Virus record (IMG/VR): IMGVR_UViG_3300031998_000056
Coordinates: 9,919-73,918 of that record
Source of the DNA: a virus
Lineage: Duplodnaviria > Caudoviricetes
Length of the DNA: 64,000 bases
Direction: 5' to 3' (one strand)
The notes below the pieces were generated by a model that was not told where the DNA came from, did not search any database, and saw nothing but the letters and a program-made list of their open reading frames with translations. This document shows, one piece after another, positions 47,305 through 56,300 of the stretch. Made by a program: the position numbers and the translations under genes. Within the stretch, counting starts at the first letter, position 1; the number at the start of each line of letters is the position of its first letter.

Positions 47305-47532
47305 TTACACGATAGCTACGGCCTTCACCTCCTTCCAATCAGTAGAAGCAGAAGTCCCGATTGAAACATACATCTTCTGTGTAGAAGTGGCAAAGTAGAG
47401 CAGGTTCTTTGCTTTCGGAGCTGTACTCGGAGCGTTTGTACCCTGCGTTAAGAGACCTTCCAAAGCGGTGATGGCGGCATCCTGTGCGGCCTCATGGGTC
47501 TTTTCTTCAATATTATCTGCGTAACGTCCCAT
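47305..47532 (-). CDS. small virion protein
   Basis: 75-aa ORF in the head operon. Confidence 0.6.
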   Translation of the reverse strand: MGRYADNIEEKTHEAAQDAAITALEGLLTQGTNAPSTAPKAKNLLYFATSTQKMYVSIGTSASTDWKEVKAVAIV

Positions 47533-47551
47533 ATTTTTAAAAGTTAAGAGA

Positions 47552-47941
47552 TTAGAGATTTAAGTTGGGGAATGTGAAACCTTGCTTCTTGGCGAACTCC
47601 AATGCCGATTCTGGGCGGCGATAGGTCTTTTCAAGATTCGTTGCCACGAACTCAAGCAGTTGTTCGGGAGATGTAACATCCTCGATGACGTTGCTGGCAG
47701 GGGCTTTCCTTACTTTCTCACCACCTTCATCCTCCTTGACGAGGCGCACATATCCCTGCTTGAACATATCGCTATCCTCGAGCAAATCTTGGGAATACTG
47801 CGTTTTTAGTATGAGTGTGGCTGCCTTGCCCGTCAGCGGGTCGCCTCCAGCAAAGTTGTAACGCATGGCGTTACCCGTTTTTCCGCGAAGTACGAAACTG
47901 TTGTTGCGTAGCGGCTGGGTTAGTTTATAAGTCTTAATCAT
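47552..47941 (-). CDS. hypothetical protein downstream of capsid gene
   Basis: 129-aa ORF. Confidence 0.7.
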   Translation of the reverse strand: MIKTYKLTQPLRNNSFVLRGKTGNAMRYNFAGGDPLTGKAATLILKTQYSQDLLEDSDMFKQGYVRLVKEDEGGEKVRKAPASNVIEDVTSPEQLLEFVATNLEKTYRRPESALEFAKKQGFTFPNLNL

Positions 47942-48013
47942 GATTCAGTTCAGAGATTAGAGTTTAGAGTTGAGAGAAAGGTGGGGTGGAGAATTTCCAC
48001 CCCATACCTTCGT

Positions 48014-49687
48014 TTAGCCTGCGATGTCAGTACCAGTGTACTCTTCCCAAGAATCGCCGTCCCAAATGTAGACCTTGCCCTTTTCGAAGGTCTCATCGGG
48101 TGTCGGGGCTTCATGCTCAATCACGAAGTCGCTGGTCAAAGCAATCTTCATGTTGGTGGAAGGATTGGAAGGAAGCACGTTAGAGCTGACGATGTAGTTA
48201 ATCACGCCCTGATCCATGAGGTTGAAGATACCGCCCTCGGGGCCTACCATGATGGAGTTGTAACCCTTCAATGCCACAGCATCGGTGTCGTACTCCCAAT
48301 GTGTCTTGGCCAGACGGATATCGCCAGCGCCCTTCGACATGTCGTTGGTGCGGCTGCGGCCCTTCTCCTTGATGTAGTGAACGGCGTTATCCATGTCGAG
48401 GATGAACATGTAGTCGGCCATGCCCATGAAGTCGAGGGTCTGATCCCAGATGAAGTTGATTTCACCGAAGGTGTCCTTGAACTTCTTGAAGGTGAGGTCG
48501 TACTCGCTCTCAACGGTCATGTGAATCTGACGATTCGTGCCGGGGTTGATGTTCTCCAAGCGCTCGATAGCGTTCTTACCGCAGAATGCGAATGCGCGGT
48601 TAGAGGTAGCGAAGTCAGTGAACTGAAGCTTCGACAGGGCGATAAGGTCGGACAGGGTGTACTCGTTGCCGATAGCATAGTGGTTGGGAATCTGTGTCAT
48701 GATACCCTCTGAGTAGAACACATCCTCCACAGAGCCGTCATCGTTCATACGCTTACGCTTTGCCTTGACACCAAACCAATAGCCACGCTCAACACGCATG
48801 TCGTCCTTGATGGAAGCATCCTCCAAGAGGTTAGCCACCTTGACGGGGTACTTCTTCTTAGCCACCTCAAACTCCTCGGTGAAGGTAACGTTCCAGCCGT
48901 GCTTCTGGAGGTAGACCTCGCGCTCACGGGGCTGGAAGTTATCGGGAGTAACGAGAAGCTGCGATTCGCTCATGGCGTTCCACATACCAACGAGGTACGT
49001 ACCTACAGCAAGCTGAGGAACGGTCTGATAGTCGTATTCATCGCCCACCTGTGTAGAAACAGCAGCAGGGCCGTTGATGGCTACCAAGGTTGCACCAGTC
49101 TTGTCGCGCTCAATCACCTCAAGAACGAGGAAGTTACCATCGTGTTCGCTCTGGCTGCCGGGCTTGTAGCCACCCATCGAGGGAACAGCGAGGAGGTCGT
49201 ACTTGCGGAAAGCGAGGAGGTTGCCAGAGAAGTTGTCCTTCGTGAGCTTCACCTGTGCGCCAGCGCTGACCTGTGTAGTGATAGTTCCATCAAGAGTCTC
49301 ACCACCTACGCGAGCGTGCATGATAGAATAATTGGTAACACTCTGTGTCTTTGCCACACGGCTCAGAATGCGGAGGAACGGAACCTTGTAAGGACGAATC
49401 TGTGTGATTTTATCCTCACGCTCTTGGTCTTCCAAACCACCCTCACGAATCTGAGTGGCGCTGGCCTGTGTACCTGTTAGCACCTGACCTGCGTTGTCGC
49501 CACCAGGCATTACGCGGTCGTTAACGGTCGGGTCGACAGGCTCATGGTCGGCAGCAGGGTCGGCCTTCAACATGTCGTCCGTTCCGGGATTCTCAATAGT
49601 GCCGGGAGCCATGCAGCCACCGCCACTTACAACTGCGACAGCGGTGAGCATATAGCTCAGCAATCGCCAAAAGTTGACTTTTTTCAT
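48014..49687 (-). CDS. major capsid protein (probable)
   Basis: 557 aa, strongly biased C-ending codons suggesting high expression; follows a scaffold-like gene, divergent from portal. Confidence 0.7.
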   Translation of the reverse strand: MKKVNFWRLLSYMLTAVAVVSGGGCMAPGTIENPGTDDMLKADPAADHEPVDPTVNDRVMPGGDNAGQVLTGTQASATQIREGGLEDQEREDKITQIRPYKVPFLRILSRVAKTQSVTNYSIMHARVGGETLDGTITTQVSAGAQVKLTKDNFSGNLLAFRKYDLLAVPSMGGYKPGSQSEHDGNFLVLEVIERDKTGATLVAINGPAAVSTQVGDEYDYQTVPQLAVGTYLVGMWNAMSESQLLVTPDNFQPREREVYLQKHGWNVTFTEEFEVAKKKYPVKVANLLEDASIKDDMRVERGYWFGVKAKRKRMNDDGSVEDVFYSEGIMTQIPNHYAIGNEYTLSDLIALSKLQFTDFATSNRAFAFCGKNAIERLENINPGTNRQIHMTVESEYDLTFKKFKDTFGEINFIWDQTLDFMGMADYMFILDMDNAVHYIKEKGRSRTNDMSKGAGDIRLAKTHWEYDTDAVALKGYNSIMVGPEGGIFNLMDQGVINYIVSSNVLPSNPSTNMKIALTSDFVIEHEAPTPDETFEKGKVYIWDGDSWEEYTGTDIAG

Positions 49688-49720
49688 GTTACTTTGAATT
49701 AAAAATTTCGTTATTATGTT

Positions 49721-50488
49721 TTATTGAGTATACTTCCTTACGAAGTCCATCATAGATTCCTTCTTCTCGGCCTTGGGAAGGGCACGGCCACCACCTTGAC
49801 TGAACGAGGGAGGTACGCGACCTTCGTCAAAAGTCTTTACCTTGTTGGTGTGCTTTTCGTTTCGGGCTTGGATAGCAGCCTCTTCACGGGCGTTCTTGAT
49901 GTCGTTGTCGTAGTTCATCGCGTGTAATAGCGCAATCCACGTATCCTTTGCCACCTCACCTCGGAATGCAGGTGCGTAGACCTTATCCCAGAAATGCTCC
50001 CAAAGGCGGTCGAGCTGTTCGTCAGAAAGGCCGAACTCCTTCTGTACTCCGACCAATTCCTGTAGGCTCTTTTCAATGGCCTCGTCCTGTGCTTTCTGTG
50101 CGGCCTCACCTTCGGCTTGCTTCTGCTGCCACGAATTGAACGCATCTGTGACGCGGTTCATTACTTCGGGGTCGTCAAGTGCGGCCTTGATGTCGATTCC
50201 GTTCTTGCTCATCCAGACTAAAGGATTCTCTTCCTCGTCCATGAGCATTGCGCCAATCCAGCGGTGCTTGTCGAGAATACCAGAGAGCTTGCGTCCAGAG
50301 CTACGGAGGTTGCGATAGTTCTCGCGCTCCTCGGCCATACGCCCGTAACGTGCTTCCTTGTCCTCAAAGTCCACATCGGGATTGTCCTCTCCGAACATGG
50401 CGGCATACTTGTCTCTGTTCGGACGTGCAGGCATCTCGGCTGGCTGCTCTAATGCCTGTTCCTGTAGTAACTTTTCGTCTTTTGCCAT
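49721..50488 (-). CDS. capsid scaffolding protein (probable)
   Basis: Acidic, helical, 255 aa, directly upstream of the MCP. Confidence 0.6.
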   Translation of the reverse strand: MAKDEKLLQEQALEQPAEMPARPNRDKYAAMFGEDNPDVDFEDKEARYGRMAEERENYRNLRSSGRKLSGILDKHRWIGAMLMDEEENPLVWMSKNGIDIKAALDDPEVMNRVTDAFNSWQQKQAEGEAAQKAQDEAIEKSLQELVGVQKEFGLSDEQLDRLWEHFWDKVYAPAFRGEVAKDTWIALLHAMNYDNDIKNAREEAAIQARNEKHTNKVKTFDEGRVPPSFSQGGGRALPKAEKKESMMDFVRKYTQ

Positions 50489-50642
50489 AATAAATGAATT
50501 TACAAGCGCAAATATCCGAAAACTTCATTTTCTCTTTTCCTTGTTTCGGATTGAGTAAAAATTTGTGAAGTTAAATCTTGTTAAAGCGCCCTATGGGGAA
50601 ATGTTCGCCGCGAAACAAGGAAAAGCAAAATGTTGCTTCCGC

Positions 50643-50650
50643 TACTTTTG
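50643..50650 (+). promoter_or_regulatory. -7 box for the portal operon
   Basis: TACTTTTG 22 nt before the portal ATG. Confidence 0.5.
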
Positions 50651-50671
50651 CAGATATAAATAATTTTTTAA

Positions 50672-52630
50672 ATGGCAAAGATACGTACACGCTCACAGGT
50701 CGGCCTTCACGATTCGGTAAAGGCCCGAAAACGGAGCAGCGCATTGCCTATTCGCCGCAGCAGAAGGGAGGATAATGACCTAAAGATAAGGTGCGAACAG
50801 GCTTGGAACAACCTTGACGATGTACGACAGACCCGTGAGAGGGTGATGGAATACGTCTACGGAGACCAATGGGGCGACATCATCCGCTATAAGAACGGGT
50901 TCGTCACAGAGCGCGAATACATCCAGAGGAAGGGCAATGTTCCTTTGCAGAACAACATCATGATAAGCATTCTCCAATCTATCGTTGGTTTGTATGCCAA
51001 GCAGAGGGGAGAGCCTAATTGTTTTGCCGTAAGGAAAGACGGACAATGGCTGTCGGACATGATGAGCGCTACCATCCAATCGTGTTGGACTAAAACAAAG
51101 ATGCCTGATGTGTTGAAGGTGGCGTTTGAGGATTTCGCCCTTGGCGGTGTGGCCGTATCGAGGGAAACCTACGAAGAAAGAGACGGATGGAAGGACGCTT
51201 GGACTGACTTTATCAATCCAAATTATGTGTTCTGGGAGGCTGGCAACGATTCGCGCATGACCGACTTGAGAATGATTGGCGTGTTGCATGATGTTGCGCC
51301 CGGAGACCTTTACAATCGTTTCTGTACGAAAGAGTACGGATGGTCGGTGGAAGAACTTAATGAAGTGTTCCATATCGAGAACGATGAGACCTTGCGTGGC
51401 TATCGCAAAGAATCTGGCTTACAGCAGAACGAGAAGGACAGCCTCAGTTCCGTCAGCTTCGACAAGCCCTCGGACGAATCCCTTTGCAGACTGATAGAGG
51501 TTTGGACGAAGGAGACCAAGCCGAGATACCAATGTTACGACCCATTGGCACAGAGTGCCGATGAGGTGGAGTACAGGGTGGAGATAAACGACCTTTGGCA
51601 CGTTCAGCAAGAGAACGAGCTGAGGGTGAGACAATACCAAGAGGTGGGCGTTCCCGAAGAAGAGTGGGCGTTGATAGAGTACGAACTTGTGGAGGACAGG
51701 TATTGGTATTATACCTTCATGGCTCCCGATGGTACAGTCATCGCAGAAGGGGAGACGCCCTATGAATCGCATTCGCACCCGTTCACGATTAAGCTTTATC
51801 CTTACGTGAACAGCGAGATACATCCTTTTATGGGGAATATTATCGACCAGCAGAGGTATATCAACCGCTTGATTATCATGCACGATATGGCGGCACGTTC
51901 TGCGGCAAAGGGATTGACCATTTTCCCGATAGAGAATATTCCCGATGGAATGTCAAAGGCAGACGTGGCCGATGAGTTGACGGAGTATGACGGCCTGTTG
52001 TTCATTCAGACGAACAGGCTTAACCCGAACCTGCGGCCAGAGATTATCACTTCGAATGCCGTTCAGATCGGCACACAGGAGTTGTTGCAGATGGAGTTGA
52101 ACCTTGCGCGAGACATTACGAATGTGTCGGGCGCATTACAGGGCAAGACACCTTCGGCTGGCACATCGGCAGCGAGATACAACCAAGAGACGGAGAACGC
52201 CACGACCTCTCTGATGTCGATATTGCAAGACTTCACTTCGTTCATGGAGGATATTGCCACGAAGAAGTGCATGATGATTAAGCAATACTACAGGAAGGGC
52301 AGGTTGGTTACGAACAAGGACAAGACCTCGCTGATTGAGTATGATAACTTATCAGCAAGGGATGTATACTTTGAGACGACCATCAAGGAGAGTGCCAAGA
52401 CCGCCGCATTCCAGACGTATCTCAACGATACCGCACTACAACTTTTGCAGATGAACGCCATCAGCGTGAAGCAGTATCTTGAGGTTGTGAACCTTCCCTA
52501 TGCTGACGAGTTGTTGCAGATTATCCAGCGTGACGAGGCACAACAGCTTGCCATGCAGCAGCAGCTTGCACAGGAGGGTGTGAACCAAGAGCAAGTACAG
52601 AACGCACAGAAAATGTTACAAGCAGCATAA
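50672..52630 (+). CDS. portal protein (P22-like)
   Basis: 652 aa; YVYGDQW, IIDQQRYINRL, ELARDITNVSGALQG pattern of P22-type portals. Confidence 0.85.
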   Translation: MAKIRTRSQVGLHDSVKARKRSSALPIRRSRREDNDLKIRCEQAWNNLDDVRQTRERVMEYVYGDQWGDIIRYKNGFVTEREYIQRKGNVPLQNNIMISILQSIVGLYAKQRGEPNCFAVRKDGQWLSDMMSATIQSCWTKTKMPDVLKVAFEDFALGGVAVSRETYEERDGWKDAWTDFINPNYVFWEAGNDSRMTDLRMIGVLHDVAPGDLYNRFCTKEYGWSVEELNEVFHIENDETLRGYRKESGLQQNEKDSLSSVSFDKPSDESLCRLIEVWTKETKPRYQCYDPLAQSADEVEYRVEINDLWHVQQENELRVRQYQEVGVPEEEWALIEYELVEDRYWYYTFMAPDGTVIAEGETPYESHSHPFTIKLYPYVNSEIHPFMGNIIDQQRYINRLIIMHDMAARSAAKGLTIFPIENIPDGMSKADVADELTEYDGLLFIQTNRLNPNLRPEIITSNAVQIGTQELLQMELNLARDITNVSGALQGKTPSAGTSAARYNQETENATTSLMSILQDFTSFMEDIATKKCMMIKQYYRKGRLVTNKDKTSLIEYDNLSARDVYFETTIKESAKTAAFQTYLNDTALQLLQMNAISVKQYLEVVNLPYADELLQIIQRDEAQQLAMQQQLAQEGVNQEQVQNAQKMLQAA

Positions 52631-52632
52631 GT

Positions 52633-53502
52633 ATGGAAACGATAATATCGACAGCATACGTTCCAACGGCAGAAGAGGCAGACCCTACGGTTGTACTCAT
52701 AGGGTTTACCATCTCTTCTCTTTATCCAGACATCAAGAGACACCTGTCTGTCATCGGGAAGCGGACTGCCAACAAGAACGGGGAGAATGTGTTCTCCCAG
52801 ATAACCATTTCTTCTGCCGAAGAACCCATCTTCCTCCAATACATCCAACAGGCTTCACAGAATGTCGTTGCGGCCATCAATCAGTTCGTATCGAACTATG
52901 TTGATAATGGCTCGTTTATCTCGTTCAAGGTTACGAACACACGATGGAACGACCCGACAACTCCGAACTTCGTGGAAGCTTTCAGACCTGCGTTGAAGAA
53001 GTATCTTGTGATGTACACCGTAGCAGAATATCTCTCCATGAACTTCCCAGAACTTGCAAAGAAATACTTTGATGCAGTCCTTCAAGCCATGCAAGCCATC
53101 ATACAGCTTGTATTCTTCAAGGCTCCGCCTCCATCACAAGAGGTTGTCGTTTACCCGACTTACTCGCCTGTTCCGCTTGGAACGTCAAGCTATGAGTTCT
53201 ATGTTCCCACAAGGACTATCATCAATCTCGCAAATAAACTGCAAAGCATAGACATTACATTGACGCGAGGCGGTTCGGAGGCTTCGACATCTTCGATTGT
53301 CCTTAGACGAAGTGATGGAACGACAGGGTTGTTCACGAACTCAAGTTACAATTCCTTCACAGGCGACACAACAATCACCGCATACCAAGCGCGTGACCTG
53401 TCTACCAATCTGGCTGATATTGGAGAGTTTTCAAGATTCATGCCGGGCGCAGTTGATTCTATACATGATGGAGATATACTGACCATCACTCCAACTCCCT
53501 AA
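52633..53502 (+). CDS. ring/adaptor protein 1
   Basis: Downstream of portal; distant similarity to the following three genes. Confidence 0.5.
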   Translation: METIISTAYVPTAEEADPTVVLIGFTISSLYPDIKRHLSVIGKRTANKNGENVFSQITISSAEEPIFLQYIQQASQNVVAAINQFVSNYVDNGSFISFKVTNTRWNDPTTPNFVEAFRPALKKYLVMYTVAEYLSMNFPELAKKYFDAVLQAMQAIIQLVFFKAPPPSQEVVVYPTYSPVPLGTSSYEFYVPTRTIINLANKLQSIDITLTRGGSEASTSSIVLRRSDGTTGLFTNSSYNSFTGDTTITAYQARDLSTNLADIGEFSRFMPGAVDSIHDGDILTITPTP

Positions 53503-53532
53503 GTAAAATCATAAACGTAAAATAGTAAGATT

Positions 53533-54381
53533 ATGTCAAAGACACTAACCCTGAGCTTGAATAAGAAGCTCATTATTGAGGCCGTAAAAGCCGACACCTA
53601 CATCACCGGAGCTATTGACAAGAGCGCCGATGCAGTGAAAAACTCAGCCCTTGCTTATAACGAGCAGGCTGGTGATGATACCTACCATGAGCGAAAGCTT
53701 ACCCGTACACTTGCTGGCGCAGTAGGTTCTCTTGAGGCAAACTTCGCAGAGTTTATTGACACAAGCGTACTGAATGCTATTTCGGACACGCTGGCCGCTG
53801 CCGATTCAGACGGCAACTTCACGATTACGATTATCGTCAGCGACCGCTACAACAATGGTTTGGCTTATCCTATCGCCCAGCTCTCACAGGAGTACATCGT
53901 GAACAAGATGCTGTACTATTGGTGGCAGAGCATCCGTCCTACACTTGCCAAGGACTACCTTGCTTTCTCTGCTGAATCGCTGACAAACATCCGCCTGTGC
54001 TTGGCCAAGACAGCCCCTCTCGCCAACAGCGCATCGTATGAGGACGTTTCGGGTGATGTAAATGGTTCTTCTTCTGAGACCATCGTTGTCAAGACCACGA
54101 TTTCACAGGCCAACGACAAGTACACCATCGCACGCGCTACCTTCCTTGGTTACTACGATTCGTCAAGTAAGCTCATCGTTGAATGTAGCGACCCGACAGC
54201 AGGGTTCACGTTGAAGGCTGGAACGGCAGTCATCTGCAATATCGGTTCTACTCCGTATACCATTACCGCCAAGAACTTCGCAGACCTTTCAAGCTCAGAC
54301 GCAACCAACATCGAGTTTATTCCTACAGGCACTCTTGGCAGCTCCAACGTACTCATTGTCAAGACCGCTACGGCATCCTAA
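53533..54381 (+). CDS. ring/adaptor protein 2
   Basis: Clear paralog of 54394..55158 (LNKxLIIEAVK, AYxEQAGxD). Confidence 0.6.
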   Translation: MSKTLTLSLNKKLIIEAVKADTYITGAIDKSADAVKNSALAYNEQAGDDTYHERKLTRTLAGAVGSLEANFAEFIDTSVLNAISDTLAAADSDGNFTITIIVSDRYNNGLAYPIAQLSQEYIVNKMLYYWWQSIRPTLAKDYLAFSAESLTNIRLCLAKTAPLANSASYEDVSGDVNGSSSETIVVKTTISQANDKYTIARATFLGYYDSSSKLIVECSDPTAGFTLKAGTAVICNIGSTPYTITAKNFADLSSSDATNIEFIPTGTLGSSNVLIVKTATAS

Positions 54382-54393
54382 AGTGTTTCTATT

Positions 54394-55158
54394 ATGAACT
54401 TGACCATCACCCTTACTCTTAACAAGCCGCTGATTATTGAGGCGGTGAAGAACGAGACCTTCCTCACAGGACAGGTACAGAAGGGCGCGGACAAGAACCT
54501 TATCGTTGCTGCCTACCACGAACAGGCTGGCAATGATGTTTATCAGGAGCGACTATTGGAACGAGGGTTGTATGTTGCGTTGGAGGAGTTAAAGACCTAT
54601 TTCTCTGACTATCTCTCAACGACAGGCTTCACTACCGCAGACAACTCCGTAGATTCCTCTATGGATGGGGATAATATCCTCATCCAACTTGTCGTTTCGA
54701 ACAGGTTCAACAAAGGTTACACGCAGTCGCTTGCCCGTCTGTCCTCAAAGTACATTGAGGAGTCGATGCTGATTGATTGGTGGAAGCCCGTGAACGAGAA
54801 GCAGAGCTTGTTATATGCTCAGTTCTTGGAGCGCGACCTTGCCGCCATCAGACGTTGTTTCAACAAGACAGCCCCCGAAGTTCCTACCGTTCCTTATCCC
54901 ACTACGTTAAGTGTCACAGGCTCTGCTATAGACATCGGAGTAGACGAGGAATACACTATTACCTATACGCTCAACGATTGGGCGATAGATGATATTGAGA
55001 TACGGATAGCAGACCCTGTTATCTGTGCTGCTGGAAGAACGGAGGAAGGTTTTACGGTTATTGGAAAGCAACTTGGCCACACATACGCACAGCTCTATTC
55101 CCGTCACAATGAAGATTTGACGAGGACGATACACGTTTATGTGACAGACCAGACTTAG
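54394..55158 (+). CDS. ring/adaptor protein 3 with C-terminal Ig-like extension
   Basis: Paralog of 53533..54381. Confidence 0.6.
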   Translation: MNLTITLTLNKPLIIEAVKNETFLTGQVQKGADKNLIVAAYHEQAGNDVYQERLLERGLYVALEELKTYFSDYLSTTGFTTADNSVDSSMDGDNILIQLVVSNRFNKGYTQSLARLSSKYIEESMLIDWWKPVNEKQSLLYAQFLERDLAAIRRCFNKTAPEVPTVPYPTTLSVTGSAIDIGVDEEYTITYTLNDWAIDDIEIRIADPVICAAGRTEEGFTVIGKQLGHTYAQLYSRHNEDLTRTIHVYVTDQT

Positions 55159-55191
55159 TGCAGAGTTCATAGTGCAGAGTTCATAGTTTGT

Positions 55192-55821
55192 ATGACTGAA
55201 AGAGAATATCTACAAGGTTACAGGACGATGGGGTTGCCAAGACCTCAGCCAGACGACAATTGGCCGTACCACGACCATCCGAACAACGGGAACGACCCTC
55301 AGTATGGAGTGAAGAACCCGAAGTTCGAAAGGCATATCTTTATCCGTAGAGACCAAGTGTTCTACGATATAGATGCGCAGTTAGGGATGATTTCGGAAGG
55401 AAGGAAGAACCCAGACGGCACGGAGGACGAGACGATGACCAACGCCACGACCAAGTACCAGCAGTTGTTCTACCGATGGATTGATTCCCACATAGGCGAG
55501 GCCAAGACCACGATGTCGGCATTCGTGTTGGAGAAGTTCAAGACGAGTGCGATGAACTCCATCAAGGACAAGGACGAGGTGGATATCACCTTGTTAGTTC
55601 CCGAGTGGTATGACGACACTACCTTCCCACAGCTCACGGATGCCGTCCACAATTATGTGGTGAGCGCCACACTATATGATTACTTGCAGATGCGCCTCAC
55701 ATCGAAAGACCCGATAACGATAGACAAGCGCGACCAAAAGACCTTGGCTCTTGAGGAGGTGAGGAAACTTGTGAACGCTGCGAAGCCGGGGCGCATCAAA
55801 AAGATTCTGAAACCGTTTTGA
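55192..55821 (+). CDS. ring/adaptor protein 4
   Basis: QLTDAVHNYVVSATLYDYL motif shared with the other ring proteins. Confidence 0.5.
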   Translation: MTEREYLQGYRTMGLPRPQPDDNWPYHDHPNNGNDPQYGVKNPKFERHIFIRRDQVFYDIDAQLGMISEGRKNPDGTEDETMTNATTKYQQLFYRWIDSHIGEAKTTMSAFVLEKFKTSAMNSIKDKDEVDITLLVPEWYDDTTFPQLTDAVHNYVVSATLYDYLQMRLTSKDPITIDKRDQKTLALEEVRKLVNAAKPGRIKKILKPF

Positions 55822-56300
55822 TTGTAAGGTTAGTTGTAAGTGTTCTGTTGGTGGGGTCGTACTTTTTTCTACCGAAGTACGGCTTCACCTCTTTTAACTC
55901 TCCACTAACAGACCACCTTCTTTATTCTATTTCACATGCGAACATCTTCCACTTGGCAGCTAACGTACTTTGTTTGTGGTTGCTCAAGTGCCCTACATAT
56001 TTATATATAACGTATCCGATAGCCGTTCTTGCATCGTTTCTCCCTTCATTTACCATCTATACCTTATTAGGTTATGAAGCATCGGGCATGACGATGGGCT
56101 TTTCGGGTGTACTCTTTGCCATCGCAGCTATGGCTTGGGGAAGGATACACAGGTTCAAGAGGATGTTCACAAAGAACATTTGGTTTATCGTTATCCCCTT
56201 CTTCGTTCCGAACATCAATGCCATTCTTCATGTGTACTGCATGTTGATGGGATATTATTGCGGACAACTGACAACTGACTACAAACTACGGACGGCATGA
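55818..56300 (+). CDS. rhomboid-family intramembrane serine protease
   Basis: HANIFHLAAN (HxxxxHxxxN), GFSG (GxSG) and TM His in ILHVYC; very hydrophobic. Confidence 0.85.
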   Translation: MIVRLVVSVLLVGSYFFLPKYGFTSFNSPLTDHLLYSISHANIFHLAANVLCLWLLKCPTYLYITYPIAVLASFLPSFTIYTLLGYEASGMTMGFSGVLFAIAAMAWGRIHRFKRMFTKNIWFIVIPFFVPNINAILHVYCMLMGYYCGQLTTDYKLRTA

